Below, piece after piece: positions 61,809-64,000 of a stretch of DNA of 64,000 nucleotides. This DNA comes from Acidimicrobiia bacterium. Its GTDB lineage: Bacteria > Actinomycetota > Acidimicrobiia > Spongiisociales > UBA11373. A program made the translations under genes and the position numbers. The notes below the pieces were generated by a model. That model was not told the DNA's origin. It worked only from the letters and a program-made list of their open reading frames with translations, and searched no databases. The stretch covers positions 1,323 through 65,322 of the forward strand of contig DATHSA010000066.1 in the NCBI GenBank assembly GCA_035464675.1, written 5' to 3'. Within the stretch, counting starts at the first letter, position 1; every line of letters starts with the position of its first letter.

Positions 61809-63143
61809 TCACTCCCCGGTGTCGAGGCCGCCGCCGAAGACCGCCGTCAGGACCGAATCCGGCACCAGTGAGGTGCCCGACACGGCCGCGTGCGCGCGAT
61901 CGGCATCGCAATCGTCTTCCGTCACCTGCCGCATCACGTGAGGGACCACGATCTGCGGCGGGATCTCGGCGCCGTTGATGCTCAACATCGCGGCGGTCAC
62001 CGCCACCCGGGCCTGGAAGTTGCCTCCCGCCGAGTAGAAGATGTTGTACGTCGGCTCATCGCGCTCGGCCCAGTCACAGAAGAGACTCTGCTCATCTGTG
62101 CGCAACGCGAGCGTGAGGTTCTCGACCGGGATGTCGAGCTCCTCCATGACCGGCAGGCCGAACCAGACACCGTCCGAGTACTCGTATGCGTACCCGCGGA
62201 TGTCGGGATCCTGCGTCAACAGCCCCCGGAACACGTCCGGGATCGCCGGTGCGTACCAGTTGGTGTCACCGGTCGTGCTGTCGGCGTTCGCCGGCGGATT
62301 GACCAGCTCGATCGAATCACTCAGGCTCGAGATGGCGCATCGCTGCCACCCGAGCGAGAGTGCGTTGCCCGGTGTCCCGCCCAGGATCGCAACCTTGCCC
62401 TCGCCGACACCGTCGTTCAGCACCTCAGCGAAGCTCTCGCCGAGAGCACAGAGATCCTCACCCACGACGGTCAGGTAGTCCTCGCCCGGAACCAGGGCGC
62501 CATCCTGATCGGGAAGGCCCACCCAGCCCGCCGAGTACGGAATGTACGGGATACCCGCAGCCTCGGCCTCCAGGATCGCATCGGCGATCGCCACCCCGAG
62601 GTCGGGATAGCCGACGATGAAGTCGACGCCGCGCTGGATCAGGAACCGGATGTCGTTGGCGTTCCCCACCGGGTCGAACGAGAAGTTCGCCTCGACAGAG
62701 ACGATCGTCCCGATCTCCGGATACGTGAGCGCCTGGAGGATCGCCTCCACGTGGCTCACGGCGCGCCAGACGTTGACGATGTCTCCGCCTCCGTCGGCCC
62801 AGCCCATCACGAGCGGACCTCCTGAGCCCGTCGAGCACTCCTGGTTGTTCAGGCAGTCGAGCACTATGTCGATCGTGGCCTGGTCGACCTCGGTCTCCAC
62901 CCGCGCGATCGACGCCAGGATGATGTTCCAGCTGTCCTCGTCGGAAGGCTCGACCGGGCCGAGTGCCTTCAGGACGAGGGCCTCATCCGCATCGATGCTC
63001 TCCCCGTACTCGGACAGTGGGCCACCTGCGGCCTCGGTCGTAGTCGTGGCCGGCGCCCGAGTGGTGGTGGTCGCATCGTCGTCGCCGCACGCAGCGCCGA
63101 CGAGCGCCATCACCACCAGGACAATGGCTACTCGTAGTTTCAT
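61809..63143 (-). CDS. ABC transporter substrate-binding lipoprotein
   Basis: MKLRVAIVLVVMALVGAAC-G lipobox, Thr-rich linker, periplasmic-binding-protein-like body. Sits between the permease and ATPase genes. Confidence 0.8.
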   Translation of the reverse strand: MKLRVAIVLVVMALVGAACGDDDATTTTRAPATTTTEAAGGPLSEYGESIDADEALVLKALGPVEPSDEDSWNIILASIARVETEVDQATIDIVLDCLNNQECSTGSGGPLVMGWADGGGDIVNVWRAVSHVEAILQALTYPEIGTIVSVEANFSFDPVGNANDIRFLIQRGVDFIVGYPDLGVAIADAILEAEAAGIPYIPYSAGWVGLPDQDGALVPGEDYLTVVGEDLCALGESFAEVLNDGVGEGKVAILGGTPGNALSLGWQRCAISSLSDSIELVNPPANADSTTGDTNWYAPAIPDVFRGLLTQDPDIRGYAYEYSDGVWFGLPVMEELDIPVENLTLALRTDEQSLFCDWAERDEPTYNIFYSAGGNFQARVAVTAAMLSINGAEIPPQIVVPHVMRQVTEDDCDADRAHAAVSGTSLVPDSVLTAVFGGGLDTGE

Positions 63144-63227
63144 TTCTCCCCTCCCTGGGCTTGATGCCCCTCTTTCTGTCTCAGCAGGTCGTGTTGTGGC
63201 AGCGTCGTTCCCCTCCTGTGGTGTGAC

Positions 63228-64000
63228 TCATCCCGTCGGTTCGCGGACGGGTCTTCGGCGTTCTCGAAGCAGCCCCTCCACGCCCTTGGTGATCCGATCT
63301 CCCGAAATCAGCATGCCGCCGATGATGACCAGGCCGAACACGACGAACTGCAGATTGGTATTGAGCGACATCGTCAGCATCGTCTGGTTGAGGCCCGTGA
63401 GGAAGATGGCGGCGGCGAAGGTCGACGACGGGCTCGCCAGGCCCCCGGTCAGCGAGGCGCCGCCGATCACGACGGCCGCGATCGGCCCGAGGAGATACTC
63501 CCTGCCGACGGAGACCCCGGGTGAGCGGAGCATCCCCGCCAGCAGCAACCCGGCGATCGCGTAGAAGACCGCCGCCACCACATACGCGAGGATCTGGTTC
63601 AGTGTCACCCGGACCCCGACGACGTGGCTGGCCGTCGGATTGGCGCCGACCGCCTGGAATCTGCGGCCGACGGAGGTGTATCGCAGCCCCACGATCAGGA
63701 TCACCGTGAGCGCCAGGCCGATCCAGAAGATCGGACCTAGACCGAGCACGCGGGTCGCCGTCCAGTCCGAGAACCCCCTCGGGACGGGGCTCTGGGTCTG
63801 AATCGTCTGGCCGTAACGGCTTCCCACCCCCACGACGATCTGGCCGACGGCGAGGGTCACGATGAGCGCATTGAGCTTGAGGCCACCGATGAGGATCCCG
63901 TTGACCAGGCCGATCACGGCGGCCGCGCCAAGAGCAAGGAGGATCGCGCTCGCGATGTTCTCATCCGCCTGTTTGCCCACGCCCACCACGATCAGCGCGG
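63228..64000 (-). CDS. ABC transporter permease (partial; 5' end beyond the window)
   Basis: LVNGILIGGLKLNALIVTLAVGQIV..., multiple TM segments. The reading frame stays open to the window edge. Confidence 0.85.
   Translation of the reverse strand, partial: ALIVVGVGKQADENIASAILLALGAAAVIGLVNGILIGGLKLNALIVTLAVGQIVVGVGSRYGQTIQTQSPVPRGFSDWTATRVLGLGPIFWIGLALTVILIVGLRYTSVGRRFQAVGANPTASHVVGVRVTLNQILAYVVAAVFYAIAGLLLAGMLRSPGVSVGREYLLGPIAAVVIGGASLTGGLASPSSTFAAAIFLTGLNQTMLTMSLNTNLQFVVFGLVIIGGMLISGDRITKGVEGLLRERRRPVREPTG

Overview
Visibly GC-rich, GC3-biased bacterial chromosome segment. Most genes are on the minus strand and many are joined by 4-nt GTGA/ATGA/TTGA stop-start overlaps. From memory, not a search, the gene order matches an actinobacterial housekeeping block (M. 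tuberculosis Rv2553c-Rv2614c region): mltG-ruvX-alaS-rarA-aspS-hisS-MBL hydrolase-relA-apt-secF-secD-yajC-(tgt-queA)-ruvBAC-yebC-pdxTS-pimA-PIM acyltransferase-pgsA ... thrS. Thr-rich linkers in most exported proteins and the presence of queA/tgt suggest an Acidimicrobiia-like actinobacterium (inference). About 8 kb sits between pgsA and thrS: an EF-G paralog, citrate synthase and an MMPL module. From about 35 kb the window turns accessory: patatin, Mo-oxidoreductase, DUF222-HNH, tRNA-Val, a TIR gene, lipoproteins, an FAD-oxidase/DUF1365/CFA synthase operon, a multi-Fe-S/USP/Rieske fusion, SulP-cNMP, an ArsR module and a CUT2-type ABC operon. The leads I rate highest are: (1) a ~4.3 kb islet bracketed by tRNA-Val and a 48-nt direct repeat of its 3' half, carrying a single-pass TIR / beta-propeller protein; (2) a dispersed family of 7-nt tandem arrays in intergenic DNA, several of which start 0-3 nt after stop codons and match canonical G-quadruplex motifs; (3) an in-frame TAG splitting ruvC; (4) two unusual fusions (CDGSH-Fer4-CDGSH-USPx2-Rieske and ABC permease-amidohydrolase). 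No rRNA, CRISPR array, transposase or integrase was seen. Many long ORFs in the track are antisense or N-terminal-extension artefacts of high GC.
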